A stretch of 32,659 nt of DNA from a virus (lineage: Duplodnaviria; Caudoviricetes): IMG/VR virus record IMGVR_UViG_3300042894_002164, positions 1-32,659 of that record; one strand, 5' to 3'. Shown in pieces: positions 1-8,803 of the stretch. Every line of letters starts with the position of its first letter. The first letter of the stretch is position 1. The position numbers and the translations under genes were made by a program. The notes under the pieces were generated by a model. It saw nothing but the letters and a program-made list of their open reading frames with translations, was not told the DNA's origin and made no database searches.

Positions 1-1
1 T

Positions 2-574
2 GACCCCGCTGGTATACAGATCTTTGAGTTACCCACGTTTAAACAAGTAGGTGAATGGCAACACAATCGTACACCTGTACAGCAACAAGTAGGTATCCTA
101 GCTGAAATCCTACGCTACCTAAACGAAACAGTTAACCAAAACAATATCTACTACAGCGTTGAAAACAACACCTTAGGTGAAGCTGCACTTATATCCATTA
201 GTGAAATTGGCGAGGAAAATCTTAAAGGTATATTCCTAAGTGAACCTAAACGTCCGGGTAGTGGTCGTAGATATCGCAAGGGCTTTAACACAACTAACTC
301 AACCAAAATCTCCGCATGCGCTAAATTAAAGAACTTAATTGAAAGCAAGCGTATGACCATTGTAAGTAAACCACTTATATCAGAACTTAAAACGTTTGTA
401 GCCAATGGTCCTAGCTATGCTGCTAAACCAGGTGAAACAGATGATTTAGTTATGGCACTTATCCTAGTAGTGCGCATGGCTATGTTACTACAGAGTTTCG
501 ACAGTCAAATTGATTATAATATGAAAGATAGCTTGGAAGACATAGTCGAGCCCATGCCATTCTTTATATTCTAG
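2..574 (+). CDS. terL: Terminase large subunit (T4 gp17-like), C-terminal nuclease domain, 5'-truncated
   Basis: Frame 2 is open from the window edge: DPAGIQIFELPTFKQVGEWQHN...YYSVENNTLGEAAL...RKGFNTTNSTKISACAKLKNLIE...LISELKTFVA..SYAAKPGETDDLVMAL. The VENN, GF.TT..TK and DDLVMAL motifs are typical of gp17. The listed ORF 353..574 is only its tail. Confidence 0.9.
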   Translation, partial: DPAGIQIFELPTFKQVGEWQHNRTPVQQQVGILAEILRYLNETVNQNNIYYSVENNTLGEAALISISEIGEENLKGIFLSEPKRPGSGRRYRKGFNTTNSTKISACAKLKNLIESKRMTIVSKPLISELKTFVANGPSYAAKPGETDDLVMALILVVRMAMLLQSFDSQIDYNMKDSLEDIVEPMPFFIF

Positions 575-581
575 ATAAATA
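574..581 (+). promoter_or_regulatory. T4-late-like promoter GATAAATA
   Basis: One mismatch to the T4 late consensus TATAAATA, 5 nt upstream of ATG 587. The same core recurs before several genes. Confidence 0.55.
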
Positions 582-586
582 TTGTT

Positions 587-2839
587 ATGAGAGAAATTAA
601 CAAAATTGCAGAAGGTCTATTTGAAAAAATTCGTGATCGTTACGAAGATGTTAGCTTGGGCGATGATAAAGCCAACGCTACACAGAATCCAGAAGATGCG
701 CGGTTTTTCAACTTTGACTATGTAGTCGACGGTAAAAACTACGGTAATATTACACTTAGTATCATTGACGAAACTAGCCTAAAGGTATACTTTAGCAAGA
801 ACATCAGTCATGATTTAGATGACGAGCAACGCAAAGAATGGTATGCATTTTTAAAAGAACTACGTGAATTTGCCAAACGCAACCTACTAAGTTTTGAGCC
901 TCGTGATATTACACGTTCAACACTTAAACACCGTGATATTAAACAAGTAAGCAAGTCAGATGATACCTACGACAAAGATGACGTTATCGGCGAAAGCCGT
1001 ATGTACGGCACCAGTCGTAGCAGTTACGAAAATGACGGTCCTGTAAAAATTATTATTCGCCATAGCGATCATATAGATCCAGAACAACGTGGTAGTCGTA
1101 GCCGTAAAATTCGTGCTATGTATCTTGAAACCGCAGATGGTGAACGCTTCAAATTATCAGAAAACAATCTACGCTATGCACGTGCTATGGCACGTCATGT
1201 CAGCGAAGGTGGTCAAATCAATGATGAGTTTGGACAGCATATTACCGAAGTTGCGCAAGAGTGTGGCAAATTACGCCCATTTAAAGCCGCAATGGTACGC
1301 CGTGTTTTTGAAGATGAAGAAACAAAAAGCATGGTTGAAGCTGCATTTGAATATCACAGCTTGCTAAAAAATACCCTAGGTAAAATGAGTGGCCGCAAAG
1401 GTTACCAACAGTGCAAGGAACAATTTGTTGCTACTAGTACTAGTTATATTCCAGAAGAAGATTTTGACGTTAACGCTCTCAAAGAAAGATTTGTTAAACG
1501 TACATTTAATGAACGCATGAGCGATGCGTTACCGATAGTTTATAAGGCCTATAATATGAAGAAAACTAATAAATTTGCCGAGAGCTTTGAAAGCTGGGCT
1601 AACACTGTAGCAGAAAGCTGGGACGAAGAGCCTATTAACGTTGATGATTTAGCAGATGTGTTTGCTGAAGAATTACCGTTGGGGGTTGATGCTGTTAATG
1701 CTATTAATGCAATTAGCGGTATTATTAACAGTAATAAATTAGAAGAAATATTGTTACACGCTTCAAAAGAAAATTCAGAAGCGGATGCACGTGATATTAT
1801 TATGGATTGGGTATACAACAATGTGCCCGAAGTATACCAAGAACTAATGAACGAGATTGGTGATGTAGAACCCGCCGATCAAGGATTGGGCGAGTCAGAT
1901 ACAGGTGATACACCATATAACAAAATGTCTAGAAGTGAATTATTAGACTATTTACATTTAGATCCACTAATAGCACAACATATTCCAAACGAAAAACTAC
2001 GTGCAAAAGCTGAAGAAAAATCACAAGATATGACAGAAGGTGATACATACGGTTCAGGCGATGGAGGTATGGACGGTACCGTGTATGAAGAAGAAGGTGA
2101 AAGCGATTGTTGTGAAGCCATACAGTCAGCAATTATTCGTCGTATCATCAACCAACATAAAGACTTATTAGTTAAACACGGTCCACAAGCAATTATGGAC
2201 GCGGCCAGAGATGTTGCTGAATGGGTTGGTGAAGTTGAAGAAATTGGCTCTAGTGACGTTAGTGCGTATGTTCAACAAGTTGTTGATCAGTTAGAAGGCA
2301 GTAATGAAGTTGCAGAAGAATATAAGCCACGCGAAGAAAAACCTTTAACATATAAAAAAGAAGCACCAAGTAAAAAACGTCAGAATGCAAAATACTATGA
2401 CTACCTAGCAAGAACATTAGGCGAAGCATTAGAAGCAATGGCACCATCGGATAGTTCTAGTCCATTATCACACGCTCAAGAAGAGTATTGTGATGAAGTA
2501 AATGAAGGCAAGGTAAAAGAAGTTGATATGGATCTTAAAGATCTTACAGATGAAGAATTTCAGGCAAAGTATAGTAAAACTAAAGAAGAAATGCGTGCAG
2601 CATTAGCAGAAGGATTCGATGACCACGTTAACAAAGATGAAAAACTAAAACGTATGGGCGCAAAAGAATTAAGCACATTAGATAAACTTAAGATAATGCC
2701 TAGTCAAATGAAAGCCTTTGCTAAAGGTGATAGTGAAGACGACTTACTACATTACAACAAAACGAAATCAACAAACGAAGATGCACAGTTTAATGAAGAT
2801 ATGATACAGATGCGTAGAATTGCAGGCTTAATAAAGTAA
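587..2839 (+). CDS. Large acidic hypothetical protein, probable virion head/prohead core protein
   Basis: 750-aa ORF right after the terminase. The acidic C-terminal half has many hydrophobic-x-E motifs and ends ...MRRIAGLIK. Confidence 0.6.
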   Translation: MREINKIAEGLFEKIRDRYEDVSLGDDKANATQNPEDARFFNFDYVVDGKNYGNITLSIIDETSLKVYFSKNISHDLDDEQRKEWYAFLKELREFAKRNLLSFEPRDITRSTLKHRDIKQVSKSDDTYDKDDVIGESRMYGTSRSSYENDGPVKIIIRHSDHIDPEQRGSRSRKIRAMYLETADGERFKLSENNLRYARAMARHVSEGGQINDEFGQHITEVAQECGKLRPFKAAMVRRVFEDEETKSMVEAAFEYHSLLKNTLGKMSGRKGYQQCKEQFVATSTSYIPEEDFDVNALKERFVKRTFNERMSDALPIVYKAYNMKKTNKFAESFESWANTVAESWDEEPINVDDLADVFAEELPLGVDAVNAINAISGIINSNKLEEILLHASKENSEADARDIIMDWVYNNVPEVYQELMNEIGDVEPADQGLGESDTGDTPYNKMSRSELLDYLHLDPLIAQHIPNEKLRAKAEEKSQDMTEGDTYGSGDGGMDGTVYEEEGESDCCEAIQSAIIRRIINQHKDLLVKHGPQAIMDAARDVAEWVGEVEEIGSSDVSAYVQQVVDQLEGSNEVAEEYKPREEKPLTYKKEAPSKKRQNAKYYDYLARTLGEALEAMAPSDSSSPLSHAQEEYCDEVNEGKVKEVDMDLKDLTDEEFQAKYSKTKEEMRAALAEGFDDHVNKDEKLKRMGAKELSTLDKLKIMPSQMKAFAKGDSEDDLLHYNKTKSTNEDAQFNEDMIQMRRIAGLIK

Positions 2840-2860
2840 AACAACAATTATAAATCAATA

Positions 2861-2890
2861 AAAAAGGCACTCGAGGGTGCCTTTTGTTTT
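2861..2890 (+). terminator. Intrinsic terminator
   Basis: AAAAGGCACT-CGAG-GGTGCCTTTT stem followed by GTTTT. Confidence 0.8.
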
Positions 2891-2914
2891 GGTTAAAATA
2901 TTTAAATATTTCTC

Positions 2915-2943
2915 TTGCGAGATAAATAATTATAACGTATAGT
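2915..2943 (+). promoter_or_regulatory. Sigma70-type promoter with embedded late motif, upstream of SSB
   Basis: TTGCGA(2915)-17 bp-TATAGT(2938); GATAAATA at 2921-2928 lies in the spacer. Confidence 0.55.
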
Positions 2944-3004
2944 ATATATATGCTTACGTTATTAGGCATTTAAAAGACCAACTTAAAACACAAGGAGTTA
3001 CACC

Positions 3005-4030
3005 ATGGCAACATCATTAGCAGAAATTCGTGCAAAATTACAAGCACAAGAAAACCGCAGTTCGGGCGGCAGTCAACAACAAGGCGATAACGCTATCTAC
3101 GCTCACTGGAACATTCCAGAAGGCACAAACGCAAGAATCCGTTTTTTACCAGACGCAAATCCAAAGAATGACTTCTTCTGGGCAGAGCGTTTAATGATCA
3201 ATTTAACATTTGCTGGCGTAAAAGGCCAAGCAGATAGTAAACCAGTTACAGTTCAAGTACCATGCGTTGAAATGTATGGCGAAGCTTGTCCAGTACTTGC
3301 AGAAGTACGTACATGGTTTAAAGACGCATCATTAGAAGAGATGGGTCGTAAATATTGGAAAAAGAAATCATACTTGTTCCAGGGCTTTGTACATGAAAAC
3401 CCAATTGCAGATGATACAACACCAGCTAATCCGATTCGTCGTTTTATCATCAGCCCACAAATTTTCAACTTAATTAAAGCAGCCTTGCTTGATCCTGAGT
3501 TAGAAAACTTACCAACAGACTACCAAGGTGGTTTGGACTTTACCGTTAGCAAAACATCAAAAGGTGGGTATGCTGACTACTCAACTAGTAAATGGTCACG
3601 CAAAGAATCTGCATTAACAGCAGACGAAGCAGAAGCTATTGAAAAACATGGCTTGTACAATCTTAGCGAATTCCTTCCTAAGAAACCGAGTGATGTTGAG
3701 CTTAAAGTTATCAAAGAGATGTTTGAAGCATCAGTTGATGGTCAAGCGTATGACACAGAGCGTTGGGGTAGCTACTACCGCCCACGTGGTGTTAGTGCAC
3801 CAGCAGGTGGAGCAACAGCAGCACCTGCAGCACAATCTGTAGCACAATCAGCACCTGCGGCATCGACCCCAGCGGCTAGTGCACCAGTTAGTGAGCATGT
3901 TGAATCAGTAGATGTACCGTTTGAAACAGATAATGTTACACCTACAGCACCGGTAACAGCACCAGCGGGCGGCGGACAACGTGCTGAAGACATCCTTGCA
4001 ATGATTCGCAATCGTCAAAAAACATCTTAA
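3005..4030 (+). CDS. ssb: Single-stranded DNA-binding protein (T4 gp32-like)
   Basis: IRFLPD, CPV, LGRKYWKKKSY-like and KTSKGGYADYSTSKW motifs; Ala/Pro-rich tail; SD AAGGAG; lies upstream of uvsX. Confidence 0.9.
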   Translation: MATSLAEIRAKLQAQENRSSGGSQQQGDNAIYAHWNIPEGTNARIRFLPDANPKNDFFWAERLMINLTFAGVKGQADSKPVTVQVPCVEMYGEACPVLAEVRTWFKDASLEEMGRKYWKKKSYLFQGFVHENPIADDTTPANPIRRFIISPQIFNLIKAALLDPELENLPTDYQGGLDFTVSKTSKGGYADYSTSKWSRKESALTADEAEAIEKHGLYNLSEFLPKKPSDVELKVIKEMFEASVDGQAYDTERWGSYYRPRGVSAPAGGATAAPAAQSVAQSAPAASTPAASAPVSEHVESVDVPFETDNVTPTAPVTAPAGGGQRAEDILAMIRNRQKTS

Positions 4031-4045
4031 GTTAACGTAAGATCG

Positions 4046-4074
4046 GGGTAGAGTCTGGTACTCTACCCTTTTTT
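4046..4074 (+). terminator. Intrinsic terminator
   Basis: GGGTAGAGT-CTGGT-ACTCTACCC followed by TTTTTT. Confidence 0.85.
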
Positions 4075-4089
4075 CAATAAGGATAAATC

Positions 4090-5196
4090 ATGGCGAAACC
4101 ATTCGACATTAGTAAATTTAGAAAGTCAATTACTAAAAGCATTGAAGGCTTAGGTATTGGCTTTAACGATCCAACAGATTGGATTAGTACAGGCAACTAC
4201 ACATTAAACTACCTACTTAGCGGAGACTTTAACAAAGGTATTCCGATGGGTAAGGTAACTGTGTTTGCTGGTGAATCAGGTGCAGGTAAATCATTTATCT
4301 GTTCGGGTAATATTGTACGCCACGCACAAGAGCAAGGCATTTATGTTATCTTAATAGATACAGAAAACGCACTTGATGAAGCATGGTTACACGCACTAGG
4401 TGTAGACACAGACGAAAGCAAACTGCTTAAACTTAACATGGCTATGATCGATGATGTGGCTAAGGTTATCAGTGACTTTGTTAAAGAGTATCGCACACTT
4501 CCAGAAGAAGACCGTCCTAAAGTGTTGTTTGTTCTAGACAGCTTAGGTATGATGTTAACTCCGACAGACGTTAATCAGTTTGAAGCAGGTGAAATGAAAG
4601 GTGATATGGGGCGTAAACCTAAAGCACTTACAGCACTTGTACGTAACTGTGTAAACATGTTTGGTACATTAAACTTAGGTCTAGTAGCAACTAACCATAC
4701 GTATGCGTCACAGGATATGTTTGATCCAGATGATAAAATTTCAGGTGGTCAGGGCTTTATCTACGCAAGTTCGATTGTTGTAGCTATGCGTAAACTAAAA
4801 CTTAAAACAGACGCTGATGGTAACAAGACTACAACTGTTAACGGTATACGTGCTGCTTGTAAGATTATGAAAACACGTTATGCTAAACCGTTCGAGTCAG
4901 TACAAGTAGAAATTCCATATGAAACTGGCATGAGCCCATACAGTGGATTAACAGACATGCTAGAAGCTAAAAACTTGCTTAAGAAAGAAGGCAACAGTTT
5001 AGTTTATACGCTATCAGACGGAAAAACTATTAAACAATTCCGTAAAGCATGGGAACGCAACGAAGACGGTTCATTAGACAAAGTAATGAAAGAAATTTCA
5101 TCTAATGTTAACCCTTTGCTAAGTACTGAAACTACAGTAGATATAGACGAAGACTTATCTGAAAACGTAGTATTAGAACAAGGAACTGAAGAATGA
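4090..5196 (+). CDS. uvsX: RecA-like recombinase UvsX
   Basis: Walker A GESGAGKS, IDTENALD, Walker B VLDSLG, KGDMGRKPK, SGGQGFIYASS. Confidence 0.93.
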   Translation: MAKPFDISKFRKSITKSIEGLGIGFNDPTDWISTGNYTLNYLLSGDFNKGIPMGKVTVFAGESGAGKSFICSGNIVRHAQEQGIYVILIDTENALDEAWLHALGVDTDESKLLKLNMAMIDDVAKVISDFVKEYRTLPEEDRPKVLFVLDSLGMMLTPTDVNQFEAGEMKGDMGRKPKALTALVRNCVNMFGTLNLGLVATNHTYASQDMFDPDDKISGGQGFIYASSIVVAMRKLKLKTDADGNKTTTVNGIRAACKIMKTRYAKPFESVQVEIPYETGMSPYSGLTDMLEAKNLLKKEGNSLVYTLSDGKTIKQFRKAWERNEDGSLDKVMKEISSNVNPLLSTETTVDIDEDLSENVVLEQGTEE

Positions 5197-5438
5197 ACGT
5201 AGAATTAGATGTATTGGGTGAAATGTGGTTAACTTGTAAAGAATATATTAATCCCAAAGATAAACAGGCCGCTGCAGATCATGTAGTTAGTGTAGTAGCC
5301 GATCATAATATCACCGAAGCCGATCTTAAAACATTTGGCGGAACTGACAGCTATCTTAAACGTGCAGTTGAGGAATATTTAGGTGAAGAAGTTGACGCAG
5401 ACGAGGAAGAAGATTTCGACGGAAGCGACGACTATTAA
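5193..5438 (+). CDS. Hypothetical acidic protein
   Basis: 81-aa ORF with an ATGA overlap on the uvsX stop; acidic C-terminus. Confidence 0.75.
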   Translation: MNVELDVLGEMWLTCKEYINPKDKQAAADHVVSVVADHNITEADLKTFGGTDSYLKRAVEEYLGEEVDADEEEDFDGSDDY

Positions 5439-6680
5439 ATGAGTACTGGAAAATATTTTCCAATAAAAACTACAACAGCATGTCCATTAAAGTGGAACTG
5501 GAGTACAATATATTTAAATACCGGAATAACAGCATCATGTCATCGCACTGCTTTTAGTGAACTTACGGCAGAAAACTTTGTTGAATTTCACAATACACCG
5601 GAGAAGTTAGAAGATCGTAAAAATATGCTTGCAGGTAACTGGCCCGATTCTAATTGTGCATATTGTCGAAAAATTGAAGAAGTTGGCGGAGTTAGTGATA
5701 GAAAACGACATCTAGCTATACCTAATTTAATACCGCAAGAACTTGACATAGATCAAACTGTGACTCAGGTAACCCCTACAATTGTAGAGATATATTTTAG
5801 TAATGCATGCAATTTGGGGTGTTTATATTGCCGTCCGTCGTTAAGTTCTACTATTAATAGTGAAAATCAAAAATTTGGTAAGTTTTCTAGTAATGGAGTA
5901 GAACTTATTACTCATGACGGTCAGTTTAAAGATTTAGTTTCGTATTTTTGGCAATGGTTTCCTAATGGATTCTCTAAAGTTAAACGCCTTCACGTTGCTG
6001 GTGGTGAACCGCTAATTCAAAAAGAATTTGAAAAACTTTTAGATATGATTGAACAGTATCCAAGCCCGCAATGTGAGCTTAATATCATAACTAATCTTAT
6101 GATAGATAAAACTCGTTTAGAATATTTTGTAACTCGAACAAAGCAATTAGTAATGAAAAAAAGTCTACGTAGGGTTGATATTACGTGTAGTATTGATTGC
6201 TGGGGCATTGAGCAAGAGTATGTGCGATGGGGACTTAAGTTAGATCAATGGGAAGAAAATTTTAAATATCTATTAGATCAAAAATGGTTAGTTGTTAATG
6301 TTAATCAAACTATATCTGCTCTGACTATAAAAACAATGCCGGAGTTTTTAATTAAATTAAAAGAATGGAGTCGTATCCATAAAATAGGTCATTCTTTTAG
6401 TGGTGTTGAACCAGATCCATCATATTTAAAAGCTGAGATTTTTGGTTCTAAAGAGTTTGTTGAGGTCTTTGATACAATATTATCATTATTGCCGCAGGAT
6501 ACAGACGAAGCAAAATTATCTTACAAATATATGCAGGGCATTCAGACACAAGCTACTTCTGGAACGTTAAATACAGTTGAAATACAAAAGTTAATAACAT
6601 TCCTTAATGAAAAAGACCGTCGCCGTGGCACAAACTGGCGAGAAATATTTTCTTGGTTGGAGAAGTATGATGTGGTATAG
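5439..6680 (+). CDS. Radical SAM protein with N-terminal Cys-containing (twitch/SPASM-like) domain
   Basis: CNLGCLYC (CxxxCxxC), AGGEPL, ITN and SID..G...EYVRW; N-terminal C..SCHR..CxxC. Confidence 0.85.
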   Translation: MSTGKYFPIKTTTACPLKWNWSTIYLNTGITASCHRTAFSELTAENFVEFHNTPEKLEDRKNMLAGNWPDSNCAYCRKIEEVGGVSDRKRHLAIPNLIPQELDIDQTVTQVTPTIVEIYFSNACNLGCLYCRPSLSSTINSENQKFGKFSSNGVELITHDGQFKDLVSYFWQWFPNGFSKVKRLHVAGGEPLIQKEFEKLLDMIEQYPSPQCELNIITNLMIDKTRLEYFVTRTKQLVMKKSLRRVDITCSIDCWGIEQEYVRWGLKLDQWEENFKYLLDQKWLVVNVNQTISALTIKTMPEFLIKLKEWSRIHKIGHSFSGVEPDPSYLKAEIFGSKEFVEVFDTILSLLPQDTDEAKLSYKYMQGIQTQATSGTLNTVEIQKLITFLNEKDRRRGTNWREIFSWLEKYDVV

Positions 6681-7125
6681 TCGCGTGGTTGCTAATTTGG
6701 GAGATATACCCGATTTCATAACACATTATGAAAATGAATTATTGCAGGCAAAAAAAGAAGTGGGAACCTACGGAAACATTGAAAAAAACTTAGCAAATCT
6801 GCCGGGCATTACTGAGCAACGCTTTAACCAGCTACAAGAAATTGAAGCAGTGCTTAACTACCTTAATATACAGTTACGGAAGATTCGACAAACACACTAT
6901 AAAAAATATCTAGAAGGATATGCAAGGGCATTGACCAGTAGAGATGCTGAAAAGTATGCAGAAGCTGAAGATGACGTTATTAATATGGAAACTATTATTA
7001 ACGAAGTAGCATTATTGCGTAACAAGTGGCTAGGTATCATGAAGGGGTTAGAAAGTAAAAACTTTATGCTAGGACATATTACTAGGTTGCGTACTGCAGG
7101 TATGGAGGATGCTTCAATTGGCTAG
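6670..7125 (+). CDS. uvsY: Recombination mediator UvsY
   Basis: Helical protein with Y.RALTSRDAEKY and LGIMKGLESKNFMLGHITRLRTAGMED. Start placed at ATG 6670 (or 6667) after GGAG, not at 6607. Confidence 0.85.
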   Translation: MWYSRVVANLGDIPDFITHYENELLQAKKEVGTYGNIEKNLANLPGITEQRFNQLQEIEAVLNYLNIQLRKIRQTHYKKYLEGYARALTSRDAEKYAEAEDDVINMETIINEVALLRNKWLGIMKGLESKNFMLGHITRLRTAGMEDASIG

Positions 7126-8026
7126 ACATAGTTTACGTATACTTGACTTAATACAGCAATATGATATATTTTTAGAAAGTATTCATCATATTGCTGATAT
7201 GGGCTGTGGTTCTGGCGAAGATACTATCTGGTGGGCAACCTTAATGAATAACGAGGATCCACCGCAACCTTATAACTTTGCCTGCCATGCTGTAGATGTC
7301 GATTCTAGTAAACTAGCACAACTGCCTAATATTAAAAATATTCACAAAGTTAATAATAGTTTTGATGCTGACTACTTGTTTCCGGTACCAGTTGACTTTA
7401 TCTGGGCACATGATAGCCTACAGTATAGTACTGATCCGTTATATACCTTGCGTAAATGGAATGGATATCTTAATGTAAACGGCATGCTAGCATTAAGTGT
7501 GCCACAACATACAGGCATAGAATATGGCAGACAATACAGCAGAGGCTACAACGGTTGTATTTTTCATTACACTCCTGTTATGTTAATTTATATGCTAGCA
7601 GTTAACGGGTTTGACTGTCGTGATGCGTACTTGTTAAAACAGTTTCAAGACCCGTGGATTCAAATGGCGGTATATAAAACAGATATAGAGCCAATGAATC
7701 CTAAGACCACTACGTGGTTTGATCTAATAGATAAAAACTTGTTACATCCTAGTATCGTCAATAGCATTAATGCAAACGGATTTCTCAAACAAGAAGAAAT
7801 TGTTATGCCCTGGTTAGATAAAGAACTATACTTTATTGACTACGTTAGCCAACAGACAGAAATACCCCCAGCTACGGCAGATGTGGGTGTAATACCGGGT
7901 GAAGTAGTTCAATCGTCTGAACATACTATAGAACAGCCAGCTGCTACTGAAGTTAAAACAAAAACCTTTAAACCAATGTCATTAAAAAGCAAACCACCCA
8001 CTAGAAAAAGTTATAAAAATGATTAA
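7109..8026 (+). CDS. Class I SAM-dependent methyltransferase
   Basis: Motif I IADMGCGSG, acidic AVDVD, and DFIWAHDSLQY..P...L..W...LNVNGML. Confidence 0.8.
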   Translation: MLQLARHSLRILDLIQQYDIFLESIHHIADMGCGSGEDTIWWATLMNNEDPPQPYNFACHAVDVDSSKLAQLPNIKNIHKVNNSFDADYLFPVPVDFIWAHDSLQYSTDPLYTLRKWNGYLNVNGMLALSVPQHTGIEYGRQYSRGYNGCIFHYTPVMLIYMLAVNGFDCRDAYLLKQFQDPWIQMAVYKTDIEPMNPKTTTWFDLIDKNLLHPSIVNSINANGFLKQEEIVMPWLDKELYFIDYVSQQTEIPPATADVGVIPGEVVQSSEHTIEQPAATEVKTKTFKPMSLKSKPPTRKSYKND

Positions 8027-8801
8027 TCGTGTTGTATTAGTAACAGGTGGATTTGATCCGTTACATAGCGGACACTTAGAATATTTCAAAGCCGCTAAAG
8101 CTCTAGGCAATATACTTGTTGTTGGAGTTAACAGTGATGCATGGTTAGAACGTAAAAAAGGCCGTGCGTTTATGCCTAGTACTGAGCGTATTGCGATAAT
8201 ACAAAATCTAAAAGTAGTTGATCATTGTATATTGTTTAATGACGATGATAACACTGCTATAGAAGCAATCAACAACGTTAAGATGCTGTATCCTAACAGC
8301 CAAGTAATATTTGCTAATGGCGGCGACCGCACTGCTAAAAACATTCCAGAAATGAAAGTTAAAGATGTGGAGTTTATATTTGGAGTAGGTGGACAAAATA
8401 AGCTCAACAGTAGTAGTTGGATTTTAGAGGAGTGGAAAGCACCTAAAACCCTTCGTCCTTGGGGCTATTATCGCGTATTACATGATGTTTCAGGCACTAA
8501 AGTGAAAGAACTGACTATTGATCCAGGCCAGAGCTTATCAATGCAACGGCACTTGTATCGTACTGAAGATTGGTTAATTACAGAGGGTAAGTGCGCTGTG
8601 CGTCAATTTGAGCGGGTGTCTGGCCAATTGATCGAGCAACGACTAGTTAGACATCAACGGTTACATGTGTGTTTAGAATCGTGGCACCAACTACATAATC
8701 CATACGATCAACCATGCCGAATTGTAGAAATACAATACGGCGCACGCTGTTCAGAAGATGACATTGAACGCCAGGATAAATACACTAATAATAAGGTGTA
8801 G
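8019..8801 (+). CDS. Cytidylyl/nucleotidyltransferase fused to a cupin (mannose-6-phosphate isomerase type II-like) domain
   Basis: GGFDPLHSGH (HxGH), GVNSD.WL.RKKG, FANGGDR and NSSS, then RPWGYY...LSMQRH..R.E.W...H.L.N....IVEIQYG....EDDIER. Confidence 0.88.
   Translation: MINRVVLVTGGFDPLHSGHLEYFKAAKALGNILVVGVNSDAWLERKKGRAFMPSTERIAIIQNLKVVDHCILFNDDDNTAIEAINNVKMLYPNSQVIFANGGDRTAKNIPEMKVKDVEFIFGVGGQNKLNSSSWILEEWKAPKTLRPWGYYRVLHDVSGTKVKELTIDPGQSLSMQRHLYRTEDWLITEGKCAVRQFERVSGQLIEQRLVRHQRLHVCLESWHQLHNPYDQPCRIVEIQYGARCSEDDIERQDKYTNNKV
8775..8782 (+). promoter_or_regulatory. T4-late-like promoter GATAAATA
   Basis: Motif 21 nt upstream of ATG 8804. Confidence 0.5.
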
Positions 8802-8803
8802 AT

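Noticed and set aside
3790-3975. GCACC/GCAGCA-rich quasi-repeats at the end of ssb
   Set aside because: Explained by an Ala/Pro low-complexity linker; not a DNA repeat array.
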